Shown here: positions 51,708 through 60,433 of the stretch, piece by piece
Layout: each line of letters starts with the position of its first letter
Numbering within the stretch: position 1 is the first letter of the stretch
Assembly (NCBI GenBank): GCA_963665845.2
Contig: OY762492.1
Coordinates: 928,001 to 992,000 of the forward strand
Length of the DNA stretch: 64,000 nucleotides
DNA from: Candidatus Poribacteria bacterium
GTDB taxonomy: Bacteria > Poribacteria > WGA-4E > GCA-2687025
Direction: 5' to 3'
Notes under the pieces: generated by a model
The model's database searches: none
What the model was told of the DNA's origin: nothing
Seen by the model: only the letters and a program-made list of their open reading frames with translations
Position numbers and translations under genes: made by a program

Positions 51708-52031
51708 ATGGCAGACCAGACGCGCGAGCAGTTGATTTTAGAGGTCATAGAGCAAGACCCAGACGATCCGATGCTGTTTTTTACGCTGGGAAGATTATAC
51801 CTGGACGAGGAGCGTTTTGAAGAGGCGCAGAAAGCGCTGAAAAGGGCGGTGGAGCTGGATGAGGGTTACAGCGCGGCATGGCTGGAGCTTGGCAGGGCGC
51901 ATATCGGCGCGGACGACGAAGAGAAGGCGCGCGAAGCGTTTGAGCAGTCGGCAAAGCATGCGGCGGCGAACGGCGATCTGCGCGTCAAAAACGAGGCGCG
52001 GGACGCCCTTGAACAACTGGACGAGTTTTAA
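51708..52031 (+). CDS. Small TPR protein
   Basis: DPDDP...FTLG..Y.....EEA...L..A.ELD..YSAAW..LG pattern. Confidence 0.85.
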   Translation: MADQTREQLILEVIEQDPDDPMLFFTLGRLYLDEERFEEAQKALKRAVELDEGYSAAWLELGRAHIGADDEEKAREAFEQSAKHAAANGDLRVKNEARDALEQLDEF

Positions 52032-52046
52032 ATTAGAGGCGTTACG

Positions 52047-52334
52047 ATGGCAATTTCAAAAATGCGCATACGCGGAGCGCCCGCCGCCGACTCTGCCCCG
52101 CATGACGCTCCTGTCCGGCGGTCGGCGCGCCTGCGGGTCGACCGCGTTTCCAACGATTATCCCGATCAAGGCGATCAGCCCGATTTTGCGTATGTTCAGC
52201 TGCTCGCCTATCCAAAAGAAGGCGATCCGGTGTTATGGACATCCGACAGCGGCAATGTGTTGACGGTCTACTGCAAGGCGCTCATGCGGGCTGGCGGCGT
52301 CGCGTTTCTGGTTACGGGGGTTGATCATGCTTAA
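52047..52334 (+). CDS. Hypothetical protein
   Basis: GAGG RBS; fills the gap in an apparent operon and overlaps the next start. Confidence 0.5.
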   Translation: MAISKMRIRGAPAADSAPHDAPVRRSARLRVDRVSNDYPDQGDQPDFAYVQLLAYPKEGDPVLWTSDSGNVLTVYCKALMRAGGVAFLVTGVDHA

Positions 52335-53574
52335 GAAAAAAGCGTTTCTCGTCTCGTTCGCGTTCATCATCGCGCTGTCAGCGTACGCGGAAACGGTTCA
52401 TATCCGCCCGTCCGATCTGCCGAAGCCCTTTCACAGCGACTCGGTCCACAACGCGCCGATTGTGATCCCCAAAATGAATGTCGACAGGCTTACCATGCCG
52501 GACGGTTTCAAAGTGGAGCTGTGGGCTGAAGGGTTTCGGATACCGCGGCAAGCGTATATCGCGCCGAACGGCGACGTTCTGGTCGTCGAGTCGGGCGGCG
52601 GAAAAGTAACGCTCCTGCGCGACGCCGACAACGATGGCAAAGCGGAGTTCCGCTCCGAGTTTTTGACCGGCCTTCAGCGCCCTTTCGGCATCGACGTTCA
52701 CAACGGCTATCTTTACATTGCGAACACGCACAATGTCGTTCGTTTGCCGTATGCGCCTGGACAAGAGAAGGCGGAAGGCGAACTGGAGGTTGTCGTGCCG
52801 AACATCCCGACAGGCGGACACTGGACGCGCGACGTCATCTTTTCGCCGGACGGCTCCAAGATGTATGTCTCCATCGGCTCCAGATCGAACATTGACGAGG
52901 AGCCGCTGCCGCGCGCGACGGTCATGGAGTACAACCCTGACGGAAGCGGCGCGCGCGTCTACGGGTCGGGGCTGCGGAACGCCGTTGGGCTGCGTTTTCA
53001 TCCAAAGACGGGCGCGCTCTGGACGACGGTGAACGAACGGGACGGACTCGGCGACGACCTGCCGCCCGACTATGTAACCTCCATCCAGGACGGCGGATTT
53101 TACGGCTGGCCTTACGCCTATATCGGTCCCAACGCGGACCCGCGGCTCAACGGCAAGCGGATGGACCTGGTCGAAAAGACGCTGGCGCCGGATGTTCTGA
53201 TACAGTCGCATTCGGCGGCGCTCGGGCTTCTGTTTTATACAGGAGAGATGTTTCCTGAAGAGTATCAGGGCGAACTGCTGGTCGCCCTGCATGGCTCATG
53301 GAACCGCGCGCGGCGCACGGGGTATAAGATCATCCGCGCGCATATGAATCCTGACGGAACCGCCGTCGGCAGCTACGAAGACTTTATATCAGGATGGAGC
53401 GAGAACCCCGACTCTAAAGAGGTATGGGGGCGACCTGTCGGTTTGGCGCAGCTGCTGGACGGGTCGCTGCTCATCTTAGAGGACGGCGGACACAAGATCT
53501 GGCGCGTTTCATATGCGCCGCCTGAAGAAGAAAGCGATCCGCCGTCCGATTCCCCCCTTGAAAAGGGGGGTTAG
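52327..53574 (+). CDS. PQQ-dependent sugar / L-sorbosone dehydrogenase family protein
   Basis: Signal peptide; GHWTR, YVSIGSRSN, GLRNAVG, NERDGLGDDLPPDY, HGSWNR, GRPVG. Confidence 0.9.
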   Translation: MLKKKAFLVSFAFIIALSAYAETVHIRPSDLPKPFHSDSVHNAPIVIPKMNVDRLTMPDGFKVELWAEGFRIPRQAYIAPNGDVLVVESGGGKVTLLRDADNDGKAEFRSEFLTGLQRPFGIDVHNGYLYIANTHNVVRLPYAPGQEKAEGELEVVVPNIPTGGHWTRDVIFSPDGSKMYVSIGSRSNIDEEPLPRATVMEYNPDGSGARVYGSGLRNAVGLRFHPKTGALWTTVNERDGLGDDLPPDYVTSIQDGGFYGWPYAYIGPNADPRLNGKRMDLVEKTLAPDVLIQSHSAALGLLFYTGEMFPEEYQGELLVALHGSWNRARRTGYKIIRAHMNPDGTAVGSYEDFISGWSENPDSKEVWGRPVGLAQLLDGSLLILEDGGHKIWRVSYAPPEEESDPPSDSPLEKGG

Positions 53575-53645
53575 GGGGGTTTAAGGCTCGCGGCGCCTCT
53601 GGATTCCCGCTTGCGCGTGAATGACGACGCATGGGAGCGGCGCCT

Positions 53646-54656
53646 CTACGACTCAACAAACCAGAGCGTCGCATGGGCGATGCCGAACCGGTCGCGCAGC
53701 TCGTCGGCGAGCGCAACCCGCAGCTGCGACGCCTCCTGAACCGACATGCCCTTCACCTCAAGGCGCGCCGACAGACAAACATACTGCGATGTGATCTCCC
53801 ACACATGCAGGTCTTCCACCGCCACCTTCTCGGAGGAGCGGGCGCGCATGCTTTCGGCCACCTCGTCCAGATCGATTCCGTCCGGCTTCCGCTCCATGAG
53901 AATGCGTATCGAATCGCGCAGCAGGGAATACGCCCACCGCCCAATCACCAGCGCAATCGCAATGCTCAGCAGCGGATCGATAATCGTCCAGCCGGTGAAC
54001 CAAACGATCCCCGCCCCGACAACGATGCCGACGGAGGAAAGCGCGTCGCCCAGCATATGTATAAAGGCGCTTTTGGTGTTCAGGTCTTCCACGCCGGAGC
54101 GGAAAAGAATGGCCGCGGTTCCGAGGTTCACGAAAAGCCCGAAGACGGCGACGATAAACATCTCCTTGACGAGAATATCCTTTGGATGCGCGATATGATG
54201 GATCGCTTCGTACACGATCCAGATCGTAAAGAAGACCAGCAGAACGCCGTTGATAAACGCGCCCAGTATTTCGATGCGGAACAAGCCGAACGAGTAGCTC
54301 CCGCTTGTCCGGCGGGACGCCAGCAGGATGGCGGCGTAGCTGACGCCCAGCGCGGCGGCGTGCGAAAACATATGTATCGCGTCGCTGTGGAGCATAAGGC
54401 TGCGGAAGAGGTAGCCGCCGACCGTTTCGACGATCATCATGGCGATCGTCAGCAGTATGCAGATCAGAAACGCGCGCCGCTGCGCCGGGCGGTGAAGCTG
54501 ACCCGCATGATAATGATGATGATGCCCGCCGGCATGCGAATGCCCATGATGATGTCCATGCCCGTGATGATGCCCATGCGCATGAGAGCCATGACTTTCC
54601 GCAATGAGCGGCCGATGTTCATGAAAAGGACCGGTGAGAGCTTCGCTGTTTTGCAT
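53646..54656 (-). CDS. CDF family Zn/Co/Cd efflux transporter with His-rich N-terminus
   Basis: Poly-His tract, SDAIHM, SFGLFRIEILGAFING, AFIHMLGDAL, DLHVW; GGAG RBS before ATG 54656. Confidence 0.93.
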   Translation of the reverse strand: MQNSEALTGPFHEHRPLIAESHGSHAHGHHHGHGHHHGHSHAGGHHHHYHAGQLHRPAQRRAFLICILLTIAMMIVETVGGYLFRSLMLHSDAIHMFSHAAALGVSYAAILLASRRTSGSYSFGLFRIEILGAFINGVLLVFFTIWIVYEAIHHIAHPKDILVKEMFIVAVFGLFVNLGTAAILFRSGVEDLNTKSAFIHMLGDALSSVGIVVGAGIVWFTGWTIIDPLLSIAIALVIGRWAYSLLRDSIRILMERKPDGIDLDEVAESMRARSSEKVAVEDLHVWEITSQYVCLSARLEVKGMSVQEASQLRVALADELRDRFGIAHATLWFVES

Positions 54657-54756
54657 ATCAGACTCCGCCAATCGCCTGCAAGTATCCTGTTTAAAACGCT
54701 GCGCGGAAAATCCCGCATTAAGAGTACAGCATATCGCATGCGCCATGTCAAACATT

Positions 54757-55021
54757 CTGACCTCATGCCCGCGGGAATCTTAGACGCCGCCGGCGCCGTC
54801 CCAGTTGTCTAAACTAGGATTTTTAAGATTGAAAAGAAAGACAGGCTTCGGAATAACGCTGAAATGGGCAGCCGCATTTAAAATAGCCCGCCCGCGCCCA
54901 AAGAGGCGCTATGCCTCATAGTAGAAAGAAACGCAGGTTCGCGTATTCTGGACATTGCGGGGAACAACCCGTGCCGCCCGCCATTCGCATGGCGGCATGT
55001 CCAGTTAAGACGTAAGGTCAG
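54757..55021. mobile_element. Degenerate MITE-bounded segment
   Basis: Left CTGACCTCATGC (as at 57779), right TGTCCAGTTAAGACGTAAGGTCAG; internal AACTAGGATT module. Confidence 0.55.
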
Positions 55022-55030
55022 CAAAGCCTT

Positions 55031-55059
55031 TTGACATTCTAACCGCGGCGGTGTAATCT
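55031..55059 (+). promoter_or_regulatory. Sigma-70 promoter
   Basis: TTGACA-17 nt-TAATCT, 33 nt upstream of ATG 55093. Confidence 0.65.
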
Positions 55060-55092
55060 ATGAACAGCGGATATCATTGGGGGGGGTGATCT

Positions 55093-57459
55093 ATGAACGC
55101 GCTTGACACGAGAATGATCGCATACAGAGCTGAAGGTTCTACAGTTCTGGTGAAGACGGAAAATAGGACGGTCAACGGCTTCTTCGTCCGAGAGGGGCTT
55201 GTCGCGACCAGCGCCCGCATCCTGGAGGATGGCGCCGACCGCCTCTATCTTCAGCGGGATACGGAAGACCCTGTCCTGTTTCATGTGGACGGCGCCGCTT
55301 TTCAAGACTCAGAGAGCGGCATTGCTTTTCTGCGCGTTTCATCGCTGACGCAGCGGGTCTTGCCTCTTTCTGTCGACTCTCTGCAGGTCGGCGAGCGCGT
55401 CTATGTGGTTGAAAACATCGAAAAATATTCGCGGACCGTCTGGCGGGAAGCGACGGTGAACAGCTTTCAAATCGACCCTGACATGCCGCGCATTCTGTTC
55501 GACGGCAGCGTCCCTGGCGGCGCGGTCGGCAGCGCTGTTCTGAATGAGCAAAGCGAGGCGGTCGGCGTCATTGTGGATGTTCCGACCGGGGGCGGAACCT
55601 TCGCCGCAATGCCATCCGTCCAACTGAAAGAGGCGGTGTCGCAAATCAAGCATGACGGCTCCCGCAGAATCGACTTCAACCAAGCAACGAGGCGTTTCGG
55701 AAAGGGGCCGGTTAAATGCCTCGCCTTTTCGCCGGACGGAAAGACGCTTGCGGTCGGCTCCAGCCTCTCTGTTAGGCTTTACGACGCCGAGACGGGCGCG
55801 CAGCGTAACCGCTTCAACGCATGGCAGGTGCAGGCGGTCGCCTTTTCGCCGGACGGAAAGACGCTCGCCGCCGCTCTTGAAATGGGCTATGTGGAGCTGT
55901 GGGATGTTGAAACGGGTCGAAGCCCCGAAATATGGGGGCATAATTACGATGCGAAAGCCTTGGCATTTTCGCCGGACGGACAAACCCTTGCAACCGGATC
56001 ATGCGACGACATCATGCTGTGGAACCTGCAGACAGTCGAACGCATTGCGCGCTTTCAGCATGACGAGAAGAGAGTTAGTTACTGGGCGCATGCCTTTTCG
56101 CCTGACGGACAAACCGTTGCCAGCTCCCGCGAGGATCATACCGTTCGGCTCTGGAATCCCGAAACGCAGGAACCCGAAATAACTTTGAAAGGGCATACGA
56201 ATCTGGTTCATGCCGTCTCCTATTCGGCGGACGGGCGGACGCTCATCACAGGCGGGGACGACAAGACGATACGAATCTGGAACGCCGAAACGGGCGACTG
56301 CGTTCAAACGCTGGAAAACGCCTCCGAGTTTGTCCGCTCCATTTCCTGTTCGCGCGGCGGAAACCTGTTTGTCAGCGGCGGCTGGGGCGGCGATCTGCTC
56401 ATCCGAGACATAGAGACTGGGCAGATTCAACGGCGCATTGAAGCGCATACGGAAGACATCCATTGCGCCGCCATTTCGCCGGACGGAAAAACGGCTGCCA
56501 GCGCCGCCAGGGACGCCGAGATCCGATTGTGGAATGTCGAGACGGGCGAGGCGCAGACGGTTGTCAAAGGGCATGTGAGAGGAGGAGAAGCCGCCGCTTT
56601 CTCCCCCGACGGAGAGACGCTTGCTGTCGCCGCCGACAACAAGATCTGGCTATGGAGCGCCGAAACAGGCGACGAGCGAATCGTATTGAGAGGCTGCGCG
56701 GGCAGGACATATTCCACCGCCTTTTCCCCCGACGGAGAGACGCTCGCCAGCTGCGGAGAAAACGGCGCGGTTCGGCTTTGGAACGCGCAAACGGGCAAGC
56801 TGGAAGCAGAGATGAAGGGGCATACCGATAAGGCGCTGTTGACCGCCTTCTCTCCCGACGGAAAAACGGCGGTCAGCGCCGGCGAAGATAAAACCGTGCG
56901 CGTTTGGGATGTCCAAACGAAAACAGGTCGAACCGCCTTCACGGCAGAGAACAGCGTCAACTTTAAGGCGCTGTCGGCGGACGGGAAGACCGTCGCCGGC
57001 GTCTGCAAAGAGAACGGGCTGCAGGTCTGGAATGTTGAGACGGGTGAACTTCAAGCGACTCTCGCCGCGAACGCCGAAGGCATTTATCGAGCCGCCTTCT
57101 CGACGGACGGGAGAACGCTCGCCAGCGCGGAGGAAAGGGACAAGAGCATTGCTGTTCGGCTCTGGGACCTCCAAACGGGAGAATGCAAAGCGGCGCTGAC
57201 AGGACACCGCAATTCCGTTCATCGCATTGTGTTTTCGCCGAACGACGCCATTCTTGCCACCTCAAGCTATGGGGTGGTTACACTCTGGGATATTCAAAAA
57301 GAATGGCATATCATGACGATCGATACAGGCTTAGGCTACACCGCTTACCCCGTCTTTTCAGCGGACGGGACGAAGCTGGCGACCGCCGGAAGTACTGGCT
57401 CCACATTGTTGTGGGACATCGCCGATCTGCTGCCCGCGGACGCGCCGCGCCCCGCTTGA
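55093..57459 (+). CDS. Degenerate trypsin-like domain fused to WD40 repeats
   Basis: N-terminal NGFFV...VATSARIL...IAFLRV...VGERVYVV...GAVGSAVLN...AVGV trypsin-like pattern; about 13-14 WD repeats; no signal peptide. Confidence 0.85.
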   Translation: MNALDTRMIAYRAEGSTVLVKTENRTVNGFFVREGLVATSARILEDGADRLYLQRDTEDPVLFHVDGAAFQDSESGIAFLRVSSLTQRVLPLSVDSLQVGERVYVVENIEKYSRTVWREATVNSFQIDPDMPRILFDGSVPGGAVGSAVLNEQSEAVGVIVDVPTGGGTFAAMPSVQLKEAVSQIKHDGSRRIDFNQATRRFGKGPVKCLAFSPDGKTLAVGSSLSVRLYDAETGAQRNRFNAWQVQAVAFSPDGKTLAAALEMGYVELWDVETGRSPEIWGHNYDAKALAFSPDGQTLATGSCDDIMLWNLQTVERIARFQHDEKRVSYWAHAFSPDGQTVASSREDHTVRLWNPETQEPEITLKGHTNLVHAVSYSADGRTLITGGDDKTIRIWNAETGDCVQTLENASEFVRSISCSRGGNLFVSGGWGGDLLIRDIETGQIQRRIEAHTEDIHCAAISPDGKTAASAARDAEIRLWNVETGEAQTVVKGHVRGGEAAAFSPDGETLAVAADNKIWLWSAETGDERIVLRGCAGRTYSTAFSPDGETLASCGENGAVRLWNAQTGKLEAEMKGHTDKALLTAFSPDGKTAVSAGEDKTVRVWDVQTKTGRTAFTAENSVNFKALSADGKTVAGVCKENGLQVWNVETGELQATLAANAEGIYRAAFSTDGRTLASAEERDKSIAVRLWDLQTGECKAALTGHRNSVHRIVFSPNDAILATSSYGVVTLWDIQKEWHIMTIDTGLGYTAYPVFSADGTKLATAGSTGSTLLWDIADLLPADAPRPA

Positions 57460-57487
57460 GCCAGCCAACGCCTGTCCGCTCCTCGTC

Positions 57488-57725
57488 TTTCCCCGCTTCC
57501 CCGTTTTCACGAGGACATGCCCGCGAGGACATGCATTCCCGCCCCTGCGGTAAAACGCGCGGGAATCTTAGCTGTTGTCTGAACTAGGATTTCCAGGATT
57601 GAAAAGATTGCCAAGAGTATTCCCGAAAACTCCGTCCTGAAAATCTTACTAATCCTTCAATCCTAGTTCAAAACCAAGCGCAACCCGCGCGGCTAAAACC
57701 CCCTATCCCCCTTTTCAAGGGGAAT
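57488..57725. repeat. Mosaic repeat cluster, inverted homolog of modules in 41320-41550
   Basis: CCCCGCTTCCCCG..GAGGACATGC x2, ATTCCCGCC.CTGCGGTAAAACGCGCGGGAAT (also at 22029), TGAACTAGGATT...AATCCTAGTTCA, CCCCTTTTCAAGGGG. Confidence 0.85.
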
Positions 57726-57778
57726 CGGAGACAGCGCCGCGAATATCTGCGTATGAGCATACTGCCGGCCGGCATGAA

Positions 57779-57946
57779 CTGACCTCATGCATAAAGTAGG
57801 GACATTTGAACCGACAATCGCTTTATTCATGGGAAAAAGGCGCCGCCAACCAAACCGTCATTCCCGCGCAAGCGGGAATCCAGAGTCTACCCCGAAACCG
57901 TCCGCGTTCACAACCAGAATTGTCCCGACTCTAAGGGTGAGGTCAG
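57779..57946. mobile_element. 168-bp MITE with ~26-bp imperfect TIRs and 6-bp target duplication CATGAA
   Basis: catgaa|CTGACCTCATGCATAAAGTAGGGACA...TGTCCCGACTCTAAGGGTGAGGTCAG|catgaa. Confidence 0.85.
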
Positions 57947-57987
57947 CATGAATTGTTGTCGAAGCGGGGCTTATATGGTATTCTTGT

Positions 57988-58833
57988 ATGGACGCCATAT
58001 TTTTAGGACGCCGCATTTTGCTGAAAGCCACGCCCAACCTTCATCCAGAGCGGAAGCAGGCGCTCGATTTTTCCTACCTTTCCGACGACGACATGGAAGC
58101 GCTCGTCGATCTGGAGCGCATGCCGCGCCATATCGCCATCATCATGGACGGCAACGGGCGGTGGGCGACTCGGCGCGGGCTGTCGCGCATTGAGGGTCAC
58201 CGCGCCGCTGTGGACGCGGTCTGGGGGGCGGTCGATGAAAGCAGCCGGCTGCAGGCGGAGGCGCTGACTCTTTACGCCTTTTCTTCTGAAAACTGGAAAC
58301 GGCCCGCCTCCGAAGTGAAAGCGCTCATGGGGCTGTTTCGGAGCCAGCTGCGAAAACAGACCCCCCGCCTCAACCGCAACAACGTGACGCTGCGCGCCAT
58401 CGGCGATCTTCGGCGCCTCCCGCTCAATGTCCGCTGGGAGCTGAACCGTTCGATTCGCCGCCTGCGGGGGAACGACGGGCTTGCGTTGACGCTCGCGCTC
58501 AGTTACAGCGGCAGGCAGGAGATGGTACGCGCCGTTCAAGCGGTCGCGCGGGATGTTGAGGCGGGGCGCCTTTCCGCCGACGAGATCGACGAAGCGGCGG
58601 TCGCCCGTCGGTTAGACACGGAGCCGCTGCCCGACCCCGACCTGATTATCCGCACCAGCGGCGAGATGCGCTTGAGCAACTTTCTGCTGTGGCAAAGCGC
58701 CTACGCCGAGTTTCATTTTACCCCGACCTGCTGGCCCGACTTCCGCCGGCGCGATCTTTACGAGGCGGTGTTGACCTACCAAGGGCGCGACAGGCGATTT
58801 GGCGCCGTCCATTCAGTCAAGGGGGGCGGTTGA
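57988..58833 (+). CDS. uppS: Undecaprenyl diphosphate synthase
   Basis: HIAIIMDGNGRWA, YAFSSENWKRP, DPDLIIRTSGEMRLSNFLLWQ.AY.E; exact start uncertain. Confidence 0.97.
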   Translation: MDAIFLGRRILLKATPNLHPERKQALDFSYLSDDDMEALVDLERMPRHIAIIMDGNGRWATRRGLSRIEGHRAAVDAVWGAVDESSRLQAEALTLYAFSSENWKRPASEVKALMGLFRSQLRKQTPRLNRNNVTLRAIGDLRRLPLNVRWELNRSIRRLRGNDGLALTLALSYSGRQEMVRAVQAVARDVEAGRLSADEIDEAAVARRLDTEPLPDPDLIIRTSGEMRLSNFLLWQSAYAEFHFTPTCWPDFRRRDLYEAVLTYQGRDRRFGAVHSVKGGG

Positions 58834-59268
58834 GCAGTTGGCGCACTCTCCAAAGATTTCGATGCGCAGCCGTTTGAATTCAAAATCGCGCGCCGCCGCC
58901 TCTTTCTTGAGCGCGTCTTCTAAAAAGTCGCTACGGAACTCAATGACGCGCCCGCAGCGGGTACAGATCAGATGCTCATGCTGTCGGCTGTCCAGCATGT
59001 TCTCATAATAGGTCTGCTTTCCGGCAGACGAAAAGGAGCGGCGCAGCAGGTTGGCGTCCAGCAGCAGCTTGATGGTGCGGTAGATCGTCGCGCGGGAGAC
59101 GCGCCGCCCGCCCCGCCGCAGAGACACCTGCAGGTCTTCCGCCTCAAAATGCCCGTCAAACGCCAGCGCCTCGCGCAGAACCGCCATGCGCTCCTGGGTG
59201 ATTTTTAAGCCGCGTTCGCGCAGGTATGCGGCTAACTGCGTCTGCGCCGATTCAACCGCCGCTTTCAT
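58813..59268 (-). CDS. fur: Fur-family transcriptional regulator
   Basis: GLKIT.ER, HFEAED, VSRATIYRT, HEHLICTRCGRVIEF, GECANC. Confidence 0.9.
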   Translation of the reverse strand: MKAAVESAQTQLAAYLRERGLKITQERMAVLREALAFDGHFEAEDLQVSLRRGGRRVSRATIYRTIKLLLDANLLRRSFSSAGKQTYYENMLDSRQHEHLICTRCGRVIEFRSDFLEDALKKEAAARDFEFKRLRIEIFGECANCSTAPLD

Positions 59269-60433
59269 ACTGTTCCATCGCGGCGGACAGCCCCGCGCCG
59301 CGCGGTATCGACTGCCCCTGGCTTCGCAAAATCGACTCAAGAGCCTCTAGGAAACGCATCACGTTCGCGCGGCTGCACGATTCGCCCATCAAGCCGATGC
59401 GCCATGCCTTTCCTGCGAACGCGCCCAGCCCGCCTCCGATCTCAATGCCGAACTCCTCCAGCAGACGGCGGCGCGCGGCGGCGTCCTCCACCCCGTCCGG
59501 TATGAGAACCATGATCAGCATCGGCGCGCGGTACCCTTCTTGAGCGCCGAGAGTCAATCCGAGCGCTTCGAGGCCGGCGCACAGCGCGGCGGAATGCAGG
59601 CGGTGCCGTTCATACCGCGCTTTAAGCCCCTCCTCGACGACGAGGCGCAAGCTTTCGCGCAGCGCATAGATCATGGAGATGGGCGCCGTATGGTGGTAGA
59701 CCCGCTCCGCCCCCCAGTATTTGGAGATGAGCGTCATGTCCAAATACCATGAGGCAACCTTGCTGCGCCGATTCTGTATCGCTTCAACCGCCCGTTCGCT
59801 GAAGGTGATCGGAGACAAGCCAGGGGGGCAGCTCAAGCATTTTTGCGTTCCGCCGTAACAGATGTCGATGCCGATCTCGTCCACATCAACCGGCGCGCCG
59901 CCGAGCGACGTCACCGAGTCCACCAAAAACAGCGCGCCGCTTTCATGCGCCAGCCGCGCCGTCTCGCGCAGCGGCTGACGCGCGCCTGTAGATGTTTCCA
60001 CATGCACAACTGCCAAGGCCTTCGGATTCGGCGTCTCGTTGAGCGCGTCGGCAACTTTTTCAGGCGGAACAATCTCGCCCCAAGGCGCCTCCACAAGAGT
60101 CGCATGCGCGCCGCACCGCTCAACGATGTCCGCCATGCGCCCGCCGAAGACGCCGTTGACGCAGACGACCGCATGGTCGCCTGGTTCAAGAATGTTGACA
60201 AGCGCCGCCTCCATTCCGGAGCTGCCGGTTCCAGAGACCGGTATCGTCAGCTCGTTCTCGGTACCGAAGACGGCGCGCAGCAGCTCGCGCGTTTCGTCCA
60301 TGATCGCAAGAAAAGCGGGGTCTAAATGCCCCAGCAGCGGCTTGCCCATCGCTTCCAGAACGCGCGGATGCACGGCGCTCGGACCGGGACCCATCAACAC
60401 GCGCTGCGGCGGGTTTAATTCTCCCAGCTTCAC
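59252..60433 (-). CDS. Alanine-glyoxylate / serine-pyruvate aminotransferase (class V)
   Basis: LMGPGPS, SGTGSSGME, VHVETSTG, DSVTSLGG, GTQKCLSCPPG, YHHT. Confidence 0.95.
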   Translation of the reverse strand: MKLGELNPPQRVLMGPGPSAVHPRVLEAMGKPLLGHLDPAFLAIMDETRELLRAVFGTENELTIPVSGTGSSGMEAALVNILEPGDHAVVCVNGVFGGRMADIVERCGAHATLVEAPWGEIVPPEKVADALNETPNPKALAVVHVETSTGARQPLRETARLAHESGALFLVDSVTSLGGAPVDVDEIGIDICYGGTQKCLSCPPGLSPITFSERAVEAIQNRRSKVASWYLDMTLISKYWGAERVYHHTAPISMIYALRESLRLVVEEGLKARYERHRLHSAALCAGLEALGLTLGAQEGYRAPMLIMVLIPDGVEDAAARRRLLEEFGIEIGGGLGAFAGKAWRIGLMGESCSRANVMRFLEALESILRSQGQSIPRGAGLSAAMEQYESGG

